Assembly (NCBI GenBank): GCA_900546145.1
Contig: URBN01000001.1
Span: 5,144 to 69,143 of the forward strand
DNA length: 64,000 nucleotides
DNA from: an uncultured Desulfovibrio sp.
GTDB taxonomy: Bacteria; Desulfobacterota; Desulfovibrionia; Desulfovibrionales; Desulfovibrionaceae
Direction: 5' to 3'
How positions within the stretch are numbered: position 1 is the stretch's first letter; the number at the start of each line of letters is the position of its first letter. Positions 1-9,744 of this stretch are shown in pieces. The notes under the pieces are model-generated. The model searched no databases and had not been told where the DNA came from. It saw nothing but the letters and a program-made list of their open reading frames with translations. The translations under genes were made by a program, and so were the position numbers.

Positions 1-1
1 T

Positions 2-469
2 ATTGAAGGCGCCAGCCAGGGGCAGGGACTCGGACTGCGTTTCCTGAAGCACGTTGAGAGGACGCGGTTCCTTGTGCACATCCTGAGCGTTGAGGATGTG
101 GATCGCGACGATCCCTGGGCCGGCTTCAGGCTCATCAACGATGAGCTGGCCTCCTTTGATCCCGAACTCGCGGAACATGAGCAGATTGAGGTCATCAACA
201 AGATTGACCTTCTCACAGACGAGGAACTGACCGCTCTCAGGGAGCGCGCGAAAGCCGACGGCAGGCATATCTTCTTCATTTCCGCGGAGAAGGGCATAGG
301 CCTTGAGGAGCTGGTGGATGAGCTCTGGCGCAGACTGGATAACACCTCCCTGCACGCTCCTCTTGTCCGTCCGGTCAGGGTCGAGTCCGAAGCGGAGGAA
401 GAGGTGGAGGCCGGCGACGACGAGTTTCCGGAAATCGAAGTCATCAGGACGCACGAGCCCAACTATTAG
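2..469 (+). CDS. obg: GTPase Obg/CgtA, C-terminal portion (gene starts upstream of window)
   Basis: Frame-2 translation from nt 2 reads IEGASQGQGLGLRFLKHVERTRFLVHILSV... with the Obg C-terminal domain and an acidic tail. The N-terminus is missing at the window edge. Confidence 0.75.
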   Translation: MEGASQGQGLGLRFLKHVERTRFLVHILSVEDVDRDDPWAGFRLINDELASFDPELAEHEQIEVINKIDLLTDEELTALRERAKADGRHIFFISAEKGIGLEELVDELWRRLDNTSLHAPLVRPVRVESEAEEEVEAGDDEFPEIEVIRTHEPNY

Positions 470-494
470 CGGAGAAGGCGGAAGGAGAGACAGC

Positions 495-1661
495 ATGGCT
501 GACTGGCAGGAAGAGAAACGCAGGGTACTTGAAGAGGCGCACTGTATTGTCTTCAAGGTGGGAAGCGCCGTCATTACCGACGATCAGGGACTGAGCCTGG
601 ATGTCATAGACAGGCTGGCCGATCAGATCGCGGCTGTTTCCAGACTGCCGGGAGGACAAAGGCGCAGGATTGTTCTCGTAACGTCCGGCGCCGTTTCAGC
701 CGGCCGCAGCGTATGCCGCGAGCGGGGCGTGGAACAGGAATCGCACGGCATGTCCGCGCGCCAAGCCTTTGCTGCCATCGGCCAGGGCCGCCTTGTGCGC
801 GCTTGGGATGACGCGTTCCGCAAAAGGGGGCTCTCTACGGCCCTGATCCTGCTGACCCGCGATGATATCCGCTCCCGTGAGCGCCTTCTCAATATCCGCA
901 ATACCTTCGCTGAGCTTTTAAGCTGGGGCGTTGTCCCCATCGTTAACGAAAACGACACGGTGTCAATCCGCGAGCTCAAGTTCGGCGACAATGACACGCT
1001 TGCGAGCCTTCTGGTCAATCTGGTGGGGGCGGAACTCTATGTGAGCGTCACCACGGCTCCCGGGGTCTATGACCGCAATCCCGCCGAGCCGGGAGCGGCC
1101 ATCATGGAGAGCATTCCCAATGTCTTCGCTCTCAATCTCGGGACGCTCTGCGGAGGCAAGACCACGCTGGGCACGGGCGGCATGTATTCGAAGCTTCTGG
1201 CCGCCCGCAGGGCGGCGCAGCTCGGCGTACCGACCTATATCCTCCCGGGACGTGAGCCCGACATTATCGCCAGAGCTTTCGCGTCCGGCCTTAAAGGCAC
1301 AGGCACGTGGGTCTGCCCGCGCCAGCACGCTATCCCGCAGCGCAAGTTCTGGCTGGCCTACAAGACCGAGCCTCTTGGTACGATCGAGGTGGACGACGGT
1401 GCCGCTGAGGCGCTCCTCAACCGCGGAAAGAGCCTCCTCCCCGGAGGCATCGTTTCCGTGGAAGGGACATTCCAGAAAGGCGCGCCCGTGCGTGTCACGC
1501 ACAATGGCGTGAGCATCGGCGTCGGCCTCAGCAATTACAGCTCGGCGGAAATAGAGCGCATCAGGGGACTGAAGCGCATTGAGGTGGCGGCCATCCTCGG
1601 AGACGCGCACTATCCCGAGGTCATCCACAGGGATAACCTTCTCCTCGGGGCCGCCGTTTAG
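495..1661 (+). CDS. proB: glutamate 5-kinase with C-terminal PUA domain
   Basis: The protein MADWQEEKRRVLEEAHCIVFKVGSAVITDD... matches the ProB amino-acid kinase fold with a PUA domain at the end. A GGAGAGA ribosome-binding site lies upstream of ATG 495. The ORF track starts this frame at 303, but that is an upstream extension overlapping obg. The obg-proB linkage is typical. Confidence 0.9.
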   Translation: MADWQEEKRRVLEEAHCIVFKVGSAVITDDQGLSLDVIDRLADQIAAVSRLPGGQRRRIVLVTSGAVSAGRSVCRERGVEQESHGMSARQAFAAIGQGRLVRAWDDAFRKRGLSTALILLTRDDIRSRERLLNIRNTFAELLSWGVVPIVNENDTVSIRELKFGDNDTLASLLVNLVGAELYVSVTTAPGVYDRNPAEPGAAIMESIPNVFALNLGTLCGGKTTLGTGGMYSKLLAARRAAQLGVPTYILPGREPDIIARAFASGLKGTGTWVCPRQHAIPQRKFWLAYKTEPLGTIEVDDGAAEALLNRGKSLLPGGIVSVEGTFQKGAPVRVTHNGVSIGVGLSNYSSAEIERIRGLKRIEVAAILGDAHYPEVIHRDNLLLGAAV

Positions 1662-1671
1662 AAGAGGGGGG

Positions 1672-2358
1672 CTACCTGTTTCCGAGCGCCATGCGGGCGA
1701 GCTCGGAAGCCGGGTATTCCTTCGCCGTGTCCCCGTCCACGATGAGGCATACGGCGCTGTTTCCTTCCTCGCTGGCGTGGCGCAGGGCCGGGCCGTCATT
1801 GAGATCGGGCCCGAGTTTTCCGAGAGCCCAGGCCGCGTAGCCGCGGCAGGCCATATCCGTGTCTGCGAGGCCCTTGAGCAGGAGCGGGCGCACCTCATTC
1901 CCGTACTGGGGCGCAGCCTCGAGCACGCGGCCTATGGCGAAGTAGCAGGAGCGGCGCAGCACGTCGTTGTCCACGTAGTTGTCGTCGAAGCCGAGGTCGA
2001 GGATGGTGGAGAAGAGGATACTGTGGAATTCCTTGCCGAGTTCCGGGCACTGGGCAACGATTTCGCCGAAGGCTTCAGGCACTCCCCAGCCTATGTTGCC
2101 GCTCTCCTCGGACAGACGCCACTTGAGACGGCGCAGCACGTCGCGCGCCAGATCGTTGCGTGTCTTGTTGAGCTCGGCTGTGACGGCGCCTATAGCGATA
2201 GCGGCCCTGAGCCGCATCTGGGGTTCGTACATGAGCAGACCCATGAGCGGTCCCATGGACGACATGCCCTGGGAGACGATCTCCGGGAGATGGCTCCGCC
2301 AGTCAGGAGCGGAAAGCCAGGATTTGATTTGTATTTTCAGAGAACGAAGGTGAGCCAT
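1672..2358 (-). CDS. HEAT/PBS-lyase-like repeat protein
   Basis: The 228-aa protein has repeated helical HEAT-like units (GKLGPD, AAWALGK, ALRHASEEGNS). Confidence 0.45.
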   Translation of the reverse strand: MAHLRSLKIQIKSWLSAPDWRSHLPEIVSQGMSSMGPLMGLLMYEPQMRLRAAIAIGAVTAELNKTRNDLARDVLRRLKWRLSEESGNIGWGVPEAFGEIVAQCPELGKEFHSILFSTILDLGFDDNYVDNDVLRRSCYFAIGRVLEAAPQYGNEVRPLLLKGLADTDMACRGYAAWALGKLGPDLNDGPALRHASEEGNSAVCLIVDGDTAKEYPASELARMALGNR

Positions 2359-2393
2359 GGGTTCCTCCTCGGTGAAAGCCGGGCCCGGCGGGT

Positions 2394-3116
2394 TCAGAAA
2401 TTGAGCTGCCGGCAGGCTTCGTCAATATACCGGCTAATCTGATTCAGACGATTTGTCTCTTCCTGTATGTGAGCAAAGTCCCAGGTAAAGCAGATGACGC
2501 AGCCGTTGGCCCGTATGGTGTTGAGCGGGCGGACGTCGGGGCCTGAAAGGCCTATGGCGTTGCTGGCCGTGGATCCCATGATAATAAGCATTTTGACGCC
2601 GAGTTCACGCAGGCCGGACCAGAAAATATCCGGGTGGGGCGTCAGGCCGGATTCCGGCTCTCCGGGAAGAGCGTAGGGCCAGAAGGTATGTGTGCCTGCG
2701 CGCCTGTGCAGGCTGTGGAGAAGCTGATTGAGGCAGTCCCTGCGTTCCGGGCTGGCGTGACCGGTGAGATCGAGGCCGAGCTCGGGATAGGTCCAGGCGA
2801 CGGGGCCTTTGCGCATGCGGCCAAGAAGAGCCCGCCAGTTTTCCGGCCACGCGTCAGTGGGGATGATGGGGAACCTTCTGCGGAGTTCGGGAACCCGGAC
2901 CTGCGGCGTAGGTCTCTGTGGGACGGGACGCTGGGGAAGGGGACGGCGTGTATCCCGGACCGGATACCGCTGCGGGGCGGGACGGGACGGACGGGGAGCG
3001 GGCACGGCCTCCGCCATCAGGGACAGGGGAGCAGGCACATCCTTATCAGAAAGGATGTACCTGATGCCGGCAGTCTCAAGAACCTGGGCTAACGGAGTTA
3101 CGCGTTCAAAAGACAT
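2394..3116 (-). CDS. hypothetical protein with Pro/Arg/Gln-rich low-complexity linker
   Basis: This 240-aa ORF overlaps the coaBC 3' end by 19 nt. Its central region is PAPRPSRPAPQRYPV...PQRPTPQ. The C-terminal domain (GEPESG...IIMGSTASNAIGL) weakly resembles the uracil-DNA glycosylase superfamily (speculative). Confidence 0.35.
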   Translation of the reverse strand: MSFERVTPLAQVLETAGIRYILSDKDVPAPLSLMAEAVPAPRPSRPAPQRYPVRDTRRPLPQRPVPQRPTPQVRVPELRRRFPIIPTDAWPENWRALLGRMRKGPVAWTYPELGLDLTGHASPERRDCLNQLLHSLHRRAGTHTFWPYALPGEPESGLTPHPDIFWSGLRELGVKMLIIMGSTASNAIGLSGPDVRPLNTIRANGCVICFTWDFAHIQEETNRLNQISRYIDEACRQLNF

Positions 3117-4351
3117 GAGCAGAGATCCCAGGCAACGTCGGCCTTGCTGCGCGTCTCCCAGATTTCACCGGCTTCGCCCGGGCCGGCAACGGCCATGGAA
3201 TTGGTCTCGGAGGCGAAACCCGAACCCTTCCGGCCCACGATATTGGCGGCGATGACGTCGCAGCCCTTGCGCTGCCTCTTTTTCCGGGCGAGGCCGAGGA
3301 GCTCTTCCATGGAGGAGGCTGTTTCCGCGGCGAAACCGAGCATTTTCTGGCCGGGACGGCGCGCAGCGGCGAGGGTGGCCAGAATATCCCTGTTGGGAGC
3401 GAATTCCACGCTGAAGCCGTTCTGCGCGTCTGCCTTCTTGAATTTATGGCTGCCGTAAGGCACCGGGGAGAAGTCCGCCACTGCGGCAGAGAAGAAGCCC
3501 ATGCTGCAGTCAGGCCAGGCCGCGGCCGCGGCGTCGTACATTTCGGCAGCTGTGCCGCAGTCCACGCGGGAAAGGTTCGGGATGCCCTTGGGCAGCAGAT
3601 CCCGGGAGACAGAGGAACCGGTGACGGCCGTAACCTCGGCGCCGCGCATCCAGGCCGCGAAGGCGAGGCAGGCCCCCATGGTGCCGGAAGAGGGATTGGA
3701 CCAGAACCGAACCCCATCCCAGGGTTCCCTGGTCGGGCCGAGGGTCACGAGCACCTTCTGCCCAATCATGTCCTGCGGAGCAAGGGCCTGCAGGGCGTAC
3801 AGGAGGAGCACGGGTACGGGCGCGAGGCGTCCCTGTCCCGTGTCGCCGCAGGCCATGGAACCGGAATCAGGGGTAACAAGGGTGACGCCGCGCGAGGCAA
3901 GGGCCGTACAGTTGGCCTGCGTGGCCGCATTCATCCACATGCGCGGATTCATGGCCGGAGCGGCCAGCACGGGGCCGCTGAAAGCGAGAATCTGCGCATG
4001 AAGCATTTCTCCGGCCAGTCCCGCGGCCATGGCGGCCAGAGTGTTGGCCGTGGCGGGGACCACGAAGAGCGCGTCGGCGTTCTGGCCGGGTTCGAGATGA
4101 CCGAAGGTGGCGTCCCTGTCCGCAAACATGTCCGTATACACGGGAAAAGCGCCGAGGGACTCGAAGAGCAGGGGCGAAATGAAACGCCGTGCCGAGGGCG
4201 TGAGCGTGGCAGAGACATGGATGCCGCAGGAGAGGAGAAGACGCAGGAGTTCGGCTGTTTTGTAGCAGGCCACGGAACCCGTCACGCCGAGATGAAGACG
4301 TCTGTTCTTAAGGCGCCTCAGGAGACGCAGGGAGTTTTCCATGCCGCTCAT
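3098..4351 (-). CDS. coaBC: bifunctional phosphopantothenoylcysteine decarboxylase / phosphopantothenate-cysteine ligase
   Basis: The 417-aa protein has an N-terminal flavoprotein domain (LHLGVTGSVACYKTAELLRLL, PAMNPRMW) and a C-terminal CoaB domain. It matches the Dfp family. Confidence 0.9.
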   Translation of the reverse strand: MSGMENSLRLLRRLKNRRLHLGVTGSVACYKTAELLRLLLSCGIHVSATLTPSARRFISPLLFESLGAFPVYTDMFADRDATFGHLEPGQNADALFVVPATANTLAAMAAGLAGEMLHAQILAFSGPVLAAPAMNPRMWMNAATQANCTALASRGVTLVTPDSGSMACGDTGQGRLAPVPVLLLYALQALAPQDMIGQKVLVTLGPTREPWDGVRFWSNPSSGTMGACLAFAAWMRGAEVTAVTGSSVSRDLLPKGIPNLSRVDCGTAAEMYDAAAAAWPDCSMGFFSAAVADFSPVPYGSHKFKKADAQNGFSVEFAPNRDILATLAAARRPGQKMLGFAAETASSMEELLGLARKKRQRKGCDVIAANIVGRKGSGFASETNSMAVAGPGEAGEIWETRSKADVAWDLCSCLLNA

Positions 4352-4917
4352 ATGTCACGCCCCTGAATGTGGTTTTCGTCCCGGAAGGGTTCTGAGGTGG
4401 ATGAGGGAACCGGCTCGCTCTGCGCGGAGTCTGTGCCGCCCGTGGCGGAAGAGGGCGTTCCCGTATGCTGACTCATGACCGGCAGGGTGACGGTGGCGCC
4501 GTCGGGAAGCTGCGTGCCCGCCGCGATCTGAACGAGAGTCTGCATGGGCGGTGTCTGAATGCTTACGTGCACGATGGCGAGGCGGCCCCCGTTTTCAAAA
4601 ATATAGAAGCCCCTGTTGCCGCTCGTCTGGCTGAGGCGCACCTTCCAGCCCCGCGCCTGAAGGCCGCTCGCGATGGTTCCTGCGCACACGGCCGGACCAG
4701 AGCTGCTGCGCAGGATTTCAACGCCGTCCTGTCCGGAAATACTGCTGTGGGAGGGGAAGTATTCCGTGCCCGCAGGAAGGGCAACACCCAGCAGGACGCT
4801 CGACGGTGTGGGCCTGCCGCCGGAGGCGGTCATGCCTCCGAAGCCTCCCATGCCGGAACAGCCGCTCAGGAAGAACAGCAGGGCAATTATTGGAAGCGTG
4901 ACAAGTGGGCGATGCAT
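4348..4917 (-). CDS. lipoprotein, unknown function
   Basis: The internal start MHRPLVTLPIIALLFFLSGC gives a signal peptide plus lipobox (LSGC). A GGAGGA ribosome-binding site lies upstream. The mature part is Gly/Ser/Thr-rich. The ORF track extends it to 5064. Confidence 0.5.
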   Translation of the reverse strand: MHRPLVTLPIIALLFFLSGCSGMGGFGGMTASGGRPTPSSVLLGVALPAGTEYFPSHSSISGQDGVEILRSSSGPAVCAGTIASGLQARGWKVRLSQTSGNRGFYIFENGGRLAIVHVSIQTPPMQTLVQIAAGTQLPDGATVTLPVMSQHTGTPSSATGGTDSAQSEPVPSSTSEPFRDENHIQGRDI

Positions 4918-5050
4918 ATTGTAGAGTCCTCCCCGTCCTGCGCGCCGCTCTGCCGCGGGACCGGGCCCGTTCAGCGGCTCTGAGACAATGAGAATACCTT
5001 CTCCTCCATGAAGAGGCAAGGTGGCCCCGGGAAGACCGGGAAAAGGAAAG

Positions 5051-6154
5051 ATGATGGCGGACAAGGAAGATTTTCTGCTTGAGAGTTACGATTATGAACT
5101 GCCCGAATCCCAGATCGCCCAGACGCCTCCGGAACACCGCGGCGATTCAAGGCTCATGGTCATCAACAGGAACGGGGATCTCGGTCTTGAGCATCATCAG
5201 TTTTCCGAACTCTGCGATCTTCTGCCCGAGGGAGCCCTCCTGGTTGCCAACAATTCACGCGTTCTGCCGGCCCGCCTCAGGGGCGTGCGTCCCGCTACGG
5301 GCGGCAGGGTGGAATTTCTTCTGCTTACGCCCCTTCCCGTTGTGCTGAAGGACGCGCAGGAGACCGGTGACGGCGGGCACACTGCCCGTGCGGCCGGACT
5401 CATGCGCTGCGGAGGTCATCTGCACGCAGGCGAGACTATTCCTTTCGGGAACGACATCAGCATTGTGCTCAGGGAAAAGGGCGATTTCGGCCGCTGGACC
5501 GTGGATCTTTTCTGGAAGGGCGATCTCGTGGGTGACTACGAGGCAGAGGGAAGCATTCCGCTTCCTCCCTATATCCGGCGTATGCCCGTGGCCGATGATT
5601 CGGACCGCTATCAGACCGTCTACGCGCGCGAGGACAAAATAGGATCCGTGGCCGCGCCCACGGCCGGTCTGCATTTCACCAACGAGCTCAGGCAGCGTCT
5701 TGCGGAGCGGGGGTTCGGCTGGAGCGAGGTGACCCTGTACGTGGGGTATGGCACGTTCAGCCCCGTGCGCAGTGAGGATATCCGCAGTCACTCCATGCAT
5801 CAGGAGCTCATCGAGATGCCCGCGGACACTGCCGCGCGTATCAGGGAGGCAAAGGCTGAGGGGCGTCCCGTTATCGCTGTTGGCACCACGTCTGTCCGCA
5901 CCATGGAGGGCTGCTGGGAAGCCTGCGGGGCTATACAGGAATACAGCGGCTTCACGGGCATTTTCCTTTATCCGGGAAAACCGCTCAACGTGGTGGACGG
6001 GCTCATCACCAATTTTCACCTGCCGAAGTCATCGCTGATTATGCTGGTTTCCGCCATGGCCGGAAGAAAGCGCATTCTTGAGGCCTACAGACAGGCTGTG
6101 GCTGCGGGGTACCGCTTCTTCTCCTACGGTGACGCCATGTTCATCAGGCCATAA
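5051..6154 (+). CDS. queA: S-adenosylmethionine:tRNA ribosyltransferase-isomerase
   Basis: MADKEDFLLESYDYELPESQIAQTPPEHRGDSRLMV... shows the QueA N-terminal signature, and the length matches. The start could be ATG 5051 or 5054 (the ORF track uses GTG 5021). Confidence 0.9.
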   Translation: MMADKEDFLLESYDYELPESQIAQTPPEHRGDSRLMVINRNGDLGLEHHQFSELCDLLPEGALLVANNSRVLPARLRGVRPATGGRVEFLLLTPLPVVLKDAQETGDGGHTARAAGLMRCGGHLHAGETIPFGNDISIVLREKGDFGRWTVDLFWKGDLVGDYEAEGSIPLPPYIRRMPVADDSDRYQTVYAREDKIGSVAAPTAGLHFTNELRQRLAERGFGWSEVTLYVGYGTFSPVRSEDIRSHSMHQELIEMPADTAARIREAKAEGRPVIAVGTTSVRTMEGCWEACGAIQEYSGFTGIFLYPGKPLNVVDGLITNFHLPKSSLIMLVSAMAGRKRILEAYRQAVAAGYRFFSYGDAMFIRP

Positions 6155-6191
6155 GGGCTGACTTCCTCCGGATGCGTCCCCGGAGCCCGGT

Positions 6192-7298
6192 TCACATCTT
6201 GAAAGAGAACCGGCGCATGGACACGTTGAGGACGATGCCGAGGAAGATAAAGTTCACGATGGTGGCCGATCCGCCGTAACTGATGAAGGGGAGAGGAATG
6301 CCAACCACGGGCATGATACCCACTACCATGCCGATATTGATGAAGATTTCCCAGAAAAAGTAGAAGAAGACTCCTGCGCAGAGCATGCAGCCGAACCGGT
6401 CTTTGGCCTGCATGACCGTTGAGAAGATGGAGAGCAGGAACAGGCTGAACAGGGTGATGAGGCAGACGCAGCCGACGAAGCCCCATTCCTCGCCGAAAAC
6501 GGCGACGGCGAAGTCGGAATGCCGTTCCGGCAGGAAACGCAGCTGGGACTGTGTTCCTTCTGTGAAACCCTTGCCCCACATCTGGCCCGAGCCGATTGCG
6601 ATGCGGGACTGCAGAATGTGATAGCCCGTTCCCAGGGGATCGGCGTCGGGGTTGAGGAAGGTCAGGATGCGCTGGCGCTGGTAGTCGTGCATGCCGACGT
6701 TCCACATGAGGAAGAGGATGCAGGGTGCCGCCAGGGCGCATACTTTAAAGATGATTTTCCGGATTCCGTGAAAGAGGATCATGCCGGCCAGGATGAGAAG
6801 GAGCATGAGAGCGGAGCCGAGGTCAGGCTGCTTGATAATGAAAGCCGCGGGCACAAGCCCCATGAGCACGATACTGCCGAACTCCTTCCAGCCGAGCGGC
6901 TCGCCGTTGCGGGAGAGGAGCCGCGCGCTCAGCAGAAAAACGGAGATTTTGGCGAGTTCGGATGGCTGCAGGCTCATGAACCCGAGGGAGATCCAGCGCT
7001 TGGCGCCGTAGACCGTGGTCCCGATGAGGGGAACCAGGGCGAGGAGCACAAGAGTGATGATATAGAAGGGCCAGGCCAGGCTCCGCAGCCTGTGGTAGTC
7101 GATGCTCATGGTGAGGAGCATGCAGCCGAGGCCGCACAGTCCCCAGATGAACTGGCGCTGATAGAAGTCCGACAGCGTGACTCCGGACCCTATGCGCGCG
7201 CCGCTCGCCGAGTACAGGTTGAGTTCGCCCACGCCGAACAGCAGGATGATGCAGACGACGAGGCCCCAGTTGATATAGCTGAAAAGTGGCTTATCCAT
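6192..7298 (-). CDS. rodA: rod shape-determining protein RodA (SEDS family)
   Basis: The 368-aa polytopic membrane protein belongs to the FtsW/RodA/SpoVE family and sits immediately downstream of PBP2. Confidence 0.85.
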   Translation of the reverse strand: MDKPLFSYINWGLVVCIILLFGVGELNLYSASGARIGSGVTLSDFYQRQFIWGLCGLGCMLLTMSIDYHRLRSLAWPFYIITLVLLALVPLIGTTVYGAKRWISLGFMSLQPSELAKISVFLLSARLLSRNGEPLGWKEFGSIVLMGLVPAAFIIKQPDLGSALMLLLILAGMILFHGIRKIIFKVCALAAPCILFLMWNVGMHDYQRQRILTFLNPDADPLGTGYHILQSRIAIGSGQMWGKGFTEGTQSQLRFLPERHSDFAVAVFGEEWGFVGCVCLITLFSLFLLSIFSTVMQAKDRFGCMLCAGVFFYFFWEIFINIGMVVGIMPVVGIPLPFISYGGSATIVNFIFLGIVLNVSMRRFSFKM

Positions 7299-7307
7299 AT
7301 ATGCCTG

Positions 7308-9287
7308 CTAGGGCAGCCAGTTCTGCTGCGCCTTAAGTTTTTTCTTCTGCATTTCGGGCGGAAGCGGCGGTCCGGGAAGCTCGCGCACAGGCGTGTCGCT
7401 TTTTGCCAGGGTGTAGTATTCGGGATTGGCGAAGAGATAATTGTACACCTTGCGGGCGATGGGGCCTGCGGCCTTGGAACCGCCGCCGCCGTGTTCGACC
7501 ATGACAATGACGACATAGGTCTTGTCGTTCTTGTGTCCCCAGGTAGCGATCCAGGCGTGGTCCCTCTCTTTCCAGGCGAGGTTTCTGTGCCCCTTGAGAC
7601 GTACGACCTGAGCCGTGCCGGTCTTGCCGCCCATGATGGCGTCGCCGCGGCCCACCACGCGGGCCGTGCCGCCGGAGGCCGTGCGGCGCATGCATTCAAC
7701 GATGTAGCGCAGGGTCTCGCGCGAGGCGGGAACGTGTCCCGTGACCGTTTTCGGATCCGTATCCACGAGCTGGGGCTTGAGCAGATCGCCGCCGTTCAGG
7801 AGGGCGCTCACATAGACGGCTATCTGCAGCGGCGTGGTCAGCACGTAGCCCTGCCCGATGGATGCGTTGAACGTGTCGCCGCGGGACCAGCCGCGTTTGA
7901 AGCGGCGGTGCTTCCAGGCGCGGGAGGGCACGAGGCCTGTCTTTTCATGGGGCAGGTCGATTCCCGTTCTGCGGCCAAAGCCGCACTGTTTCGCGAAAGC
8001 CTCTATTTTGTCGATGCCGAGCCTGTCGGCCATAATATAGAAATAGCTGTCGCAGGAGTTGTAGATGGCCTGCATCAGGTTCTGCGATCCGTGTCCGCTG
8101 TGGCGCCAGCAGTGAAAAATCTGCTTGCCGAGACGTATGCCGCCGGGACAGTAGACTGTGTCGGTAACGGGAATGCCGTTTTCCATGATGCATGCGGCCA
8201 TGACGAGCTTCCAGACGGAGCCCGGAGGGTAGACGCTCTGAATGGCTCGGTTCTGCAGGGGGAAATGCGGATCGTTTCTGAGGGTTTCCCAGTCGCGGCG
8301 GGAAATGCCTTCGGCGAAGAGGTTGTTGTCGTAGGCGGGTTCCGTAACCAGGGCCCTGAGCTTGCCCGTGTCAGGCTCCATGACCACGATGGATCCTACC
8401 TCAGTGCCGAGGGCATCCCAGCAGGCTTTCTGGATGTCCCTGTCCAGGGACAGCTTGAGTTCCTCGCCGCCCTGGGGTTCCTCGCGCAGGACCTGGCCGA
8501 GCATGCGGCCCGATGCGTCCACTTCGATGTCATAGAGGCCTTTGCGGCCGCGCAGACGTTTGTCCAGCGTGTATTCGATGCCTGACTTGCCCACGAGGTC
8601 GCCCATGGAGAGTTCCGGATTCTTCTCGAGTTCCGTCTCGTTGGCTTCGGCGACGTAGCCGAGGATGTGGGCGAAGAGATCCTTCTCGGGGTAGCTGCGC
8701 TTTGTGAGGATGACGATCTCGAGGCCGGGCCAGGCGTAGAGTTCGGACTCGATGCGGGCCACGAGCTGGAAGTCGAGGTCTGTCACGAGGAGCAGGGGCT
8801 CAAAGGATTTTACTTTGAAGCGGCTCTGCCTGTAGCGTTCCATGACCTGATCAAGAGGCACGCCTGTCCATTCGCTGACCTGGGCCAGGGTGGCGGGCAG
8901 ATCCCGGATATCATCGCGGATGAGGGACAGGCCGTAGGCTGTGCGGTTATCCGCCAGCACGCGGCCCTTGACGTCGAAGATGCGGCCCCGCGGCGCGGAG
9001 ATCTGTTCCTGGCGCCAGTGGTTTTCCTGAGCCTGGCGGGCGAAGTCCTCACCGAGATGCACCTGCAGAAACCAGAAGCGGGGCACGAAGACGAAAAAGA
9101 AGATCAGGATGAGGGCCTGGAGAAGGATGAGTCCGCCTCTCGGAGGCGTAAACCTGTCCGTGTTCTCCTTCCTGATCAGGATTTCGGGAGGCGTTTTATC
9201 CTCTCGCTTCCTGAATTTCCCCAGAAGACCGCGGCCGGCCGGCTGCCGTCCGGCGGCTTCTTCGTCATTGTTCCTGTTGTTGTTCAT
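7308..9287 (-). CDS. mrdA: penicillin-binding protein 2 (peptidoglycan D,D-transpeptidase)
   Basis: The 659-aa protein has an N-terminal TM helix, a PBP dimerisation domain and a transpeptidase domain. Its position is mreD-mrdA-rodA. Confidence 0.9.
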   Translation of the reverse strand: MNNNRNNDEEAAGRQPAGRGLLGKFRKREDKTPPEILIRKENTDRFTPPRGGLILLQALILIFFFVFVPRFWFLQVHLGEDFARQAQENHWRQEQISAPRGRIFDVKGRVLADNRTAYGLSLIRDDIRDLPATLAQVSEWTGVPLDQVMERYRQSRFKVKSFEPLLLVTDLDFQLVARIESELYAWPGLEIVILTKRSYPEKDLFAHILGYVAEANETELEKNPELSMGDLVGKSGIEYTLDKRLRGRKGLYDIEVDASGRMLGQVLREEPQGGEELKLSLDRDIQKACWDALGTEVGSIVVMEPDTGKLRALVTEPAYDNNLFAEGISRRDWETLRNDPHFPLQNRAIQSVYPPGSVWKLVMAACIMENGIPVTDTVYCPGGIRLGKQIFHCWRHSGHGSQNLMQAIYNSCDSYFYIMADRLGIDKIEAFAKQCGFGRRTGIDLPHEKTGLVPSRAWKHRRFKRGWSRGDTFNASIGQGYVLTTPLQIAVYVSALLNGGDLLKPQLVDTDPKTVTGHVPASRETLRYIVECMRRTASGGTARVVGRGDAIMGGKTGTAQVVRLKGHRNLAWKERDHAWIATWGHKNDKTYVVIVMVEHGGGGSKAAGPIARKVYNYLFANPEYYTLAKSDTPVRELPGPPLPPEMQKKKLKAQQNWLP

Positions 9288-9741
9288 GGCGTGCGCGCTG
9301 TCTGCAATACGAAATAACGGCCCAGGCTACGGGGATGTAGAGCGCCTGCAGCAGGCCTTCGTGCAGGGCCTCGACGGAATCAAAGGGGTAGCCCTGCAGC
9401 GTGGAGAAGAGCCAGTTCAGGCTGAGACGCGTGACGCCCAGTCCGAGCGACAGGACCGAGATGAAGAAAAAGGTGGAAGACTGATAGAGCTCCCCAAGCA
9501 GCCTGTAGAGCGCGAAGAACGCGGCCAGGAAAAGGAGGCTCGCACCAAAATGCTGCGTGCCCATGCCCTCCTGGATGAGCAGAATGAGCGGAAGCATGCA
9601 GACGAGGGTCTTGTATTCCCTGTTTTCCAGCAGGAGGAGGACGATGACGATGAGCGTGTCGATCCTCGGAATATACATTTCGAGAGCGATGGAAATGCAG
9701 GTGAGCAGAATCAGGCCCGCGAGGCGCTTGACGTTTTCCAT
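9265..9741 (-). CDS. mreD: rod shape-determining protein MreD
   Basis: The 158-aa protein has multiple TM helices and lies between mreC and mrdA. Confidence 0.7.
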   Translation of the reverse strand: MENVKRLAGLILLTCISIALEMYIPRIDTLIVIVLLLLENREYKTLVCMLPLILLIQEGMGTQHFGASLLFLAAFFALYRLLGELYQSSTFFFISVLSLGLGVTRLSLNWLFSTLQGYPFDSVEALHEGLLQALYIPVAWAVISYCRQRARHEQQQEQ

Positions 9742-9744
9742 GGC

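Noticed and set aside
303-494. Upstream extension of the proB ORF (ORF track start 303)
   Set aside because: The extension overlaps the obg 3' end in another frame and lacks a ribosome-binding site. ATG 495, preceded by GGAGAGA, gives a canonical ProB N-terminus.
4918-5064. N-terminal extension of the lipoprotein ORF (to 5064), overlapping the queA start region
   Set aside because: The internal Met at 4917 yields a canonical signal peptide plus lipobox and has a GGAGGA ribosome-binding site. The extension would overlap the divergent queA start.
6519-8585. 688-aa plus-strand ORF antisense to rodA/mrdA
   Set aside because: Its translation is Gly/Ala/Glu/Asp/His-rich low complexity, typical of antisense frames in high-GC DNA. 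The opposite strand encodes unambiguous RodA and PBP2.
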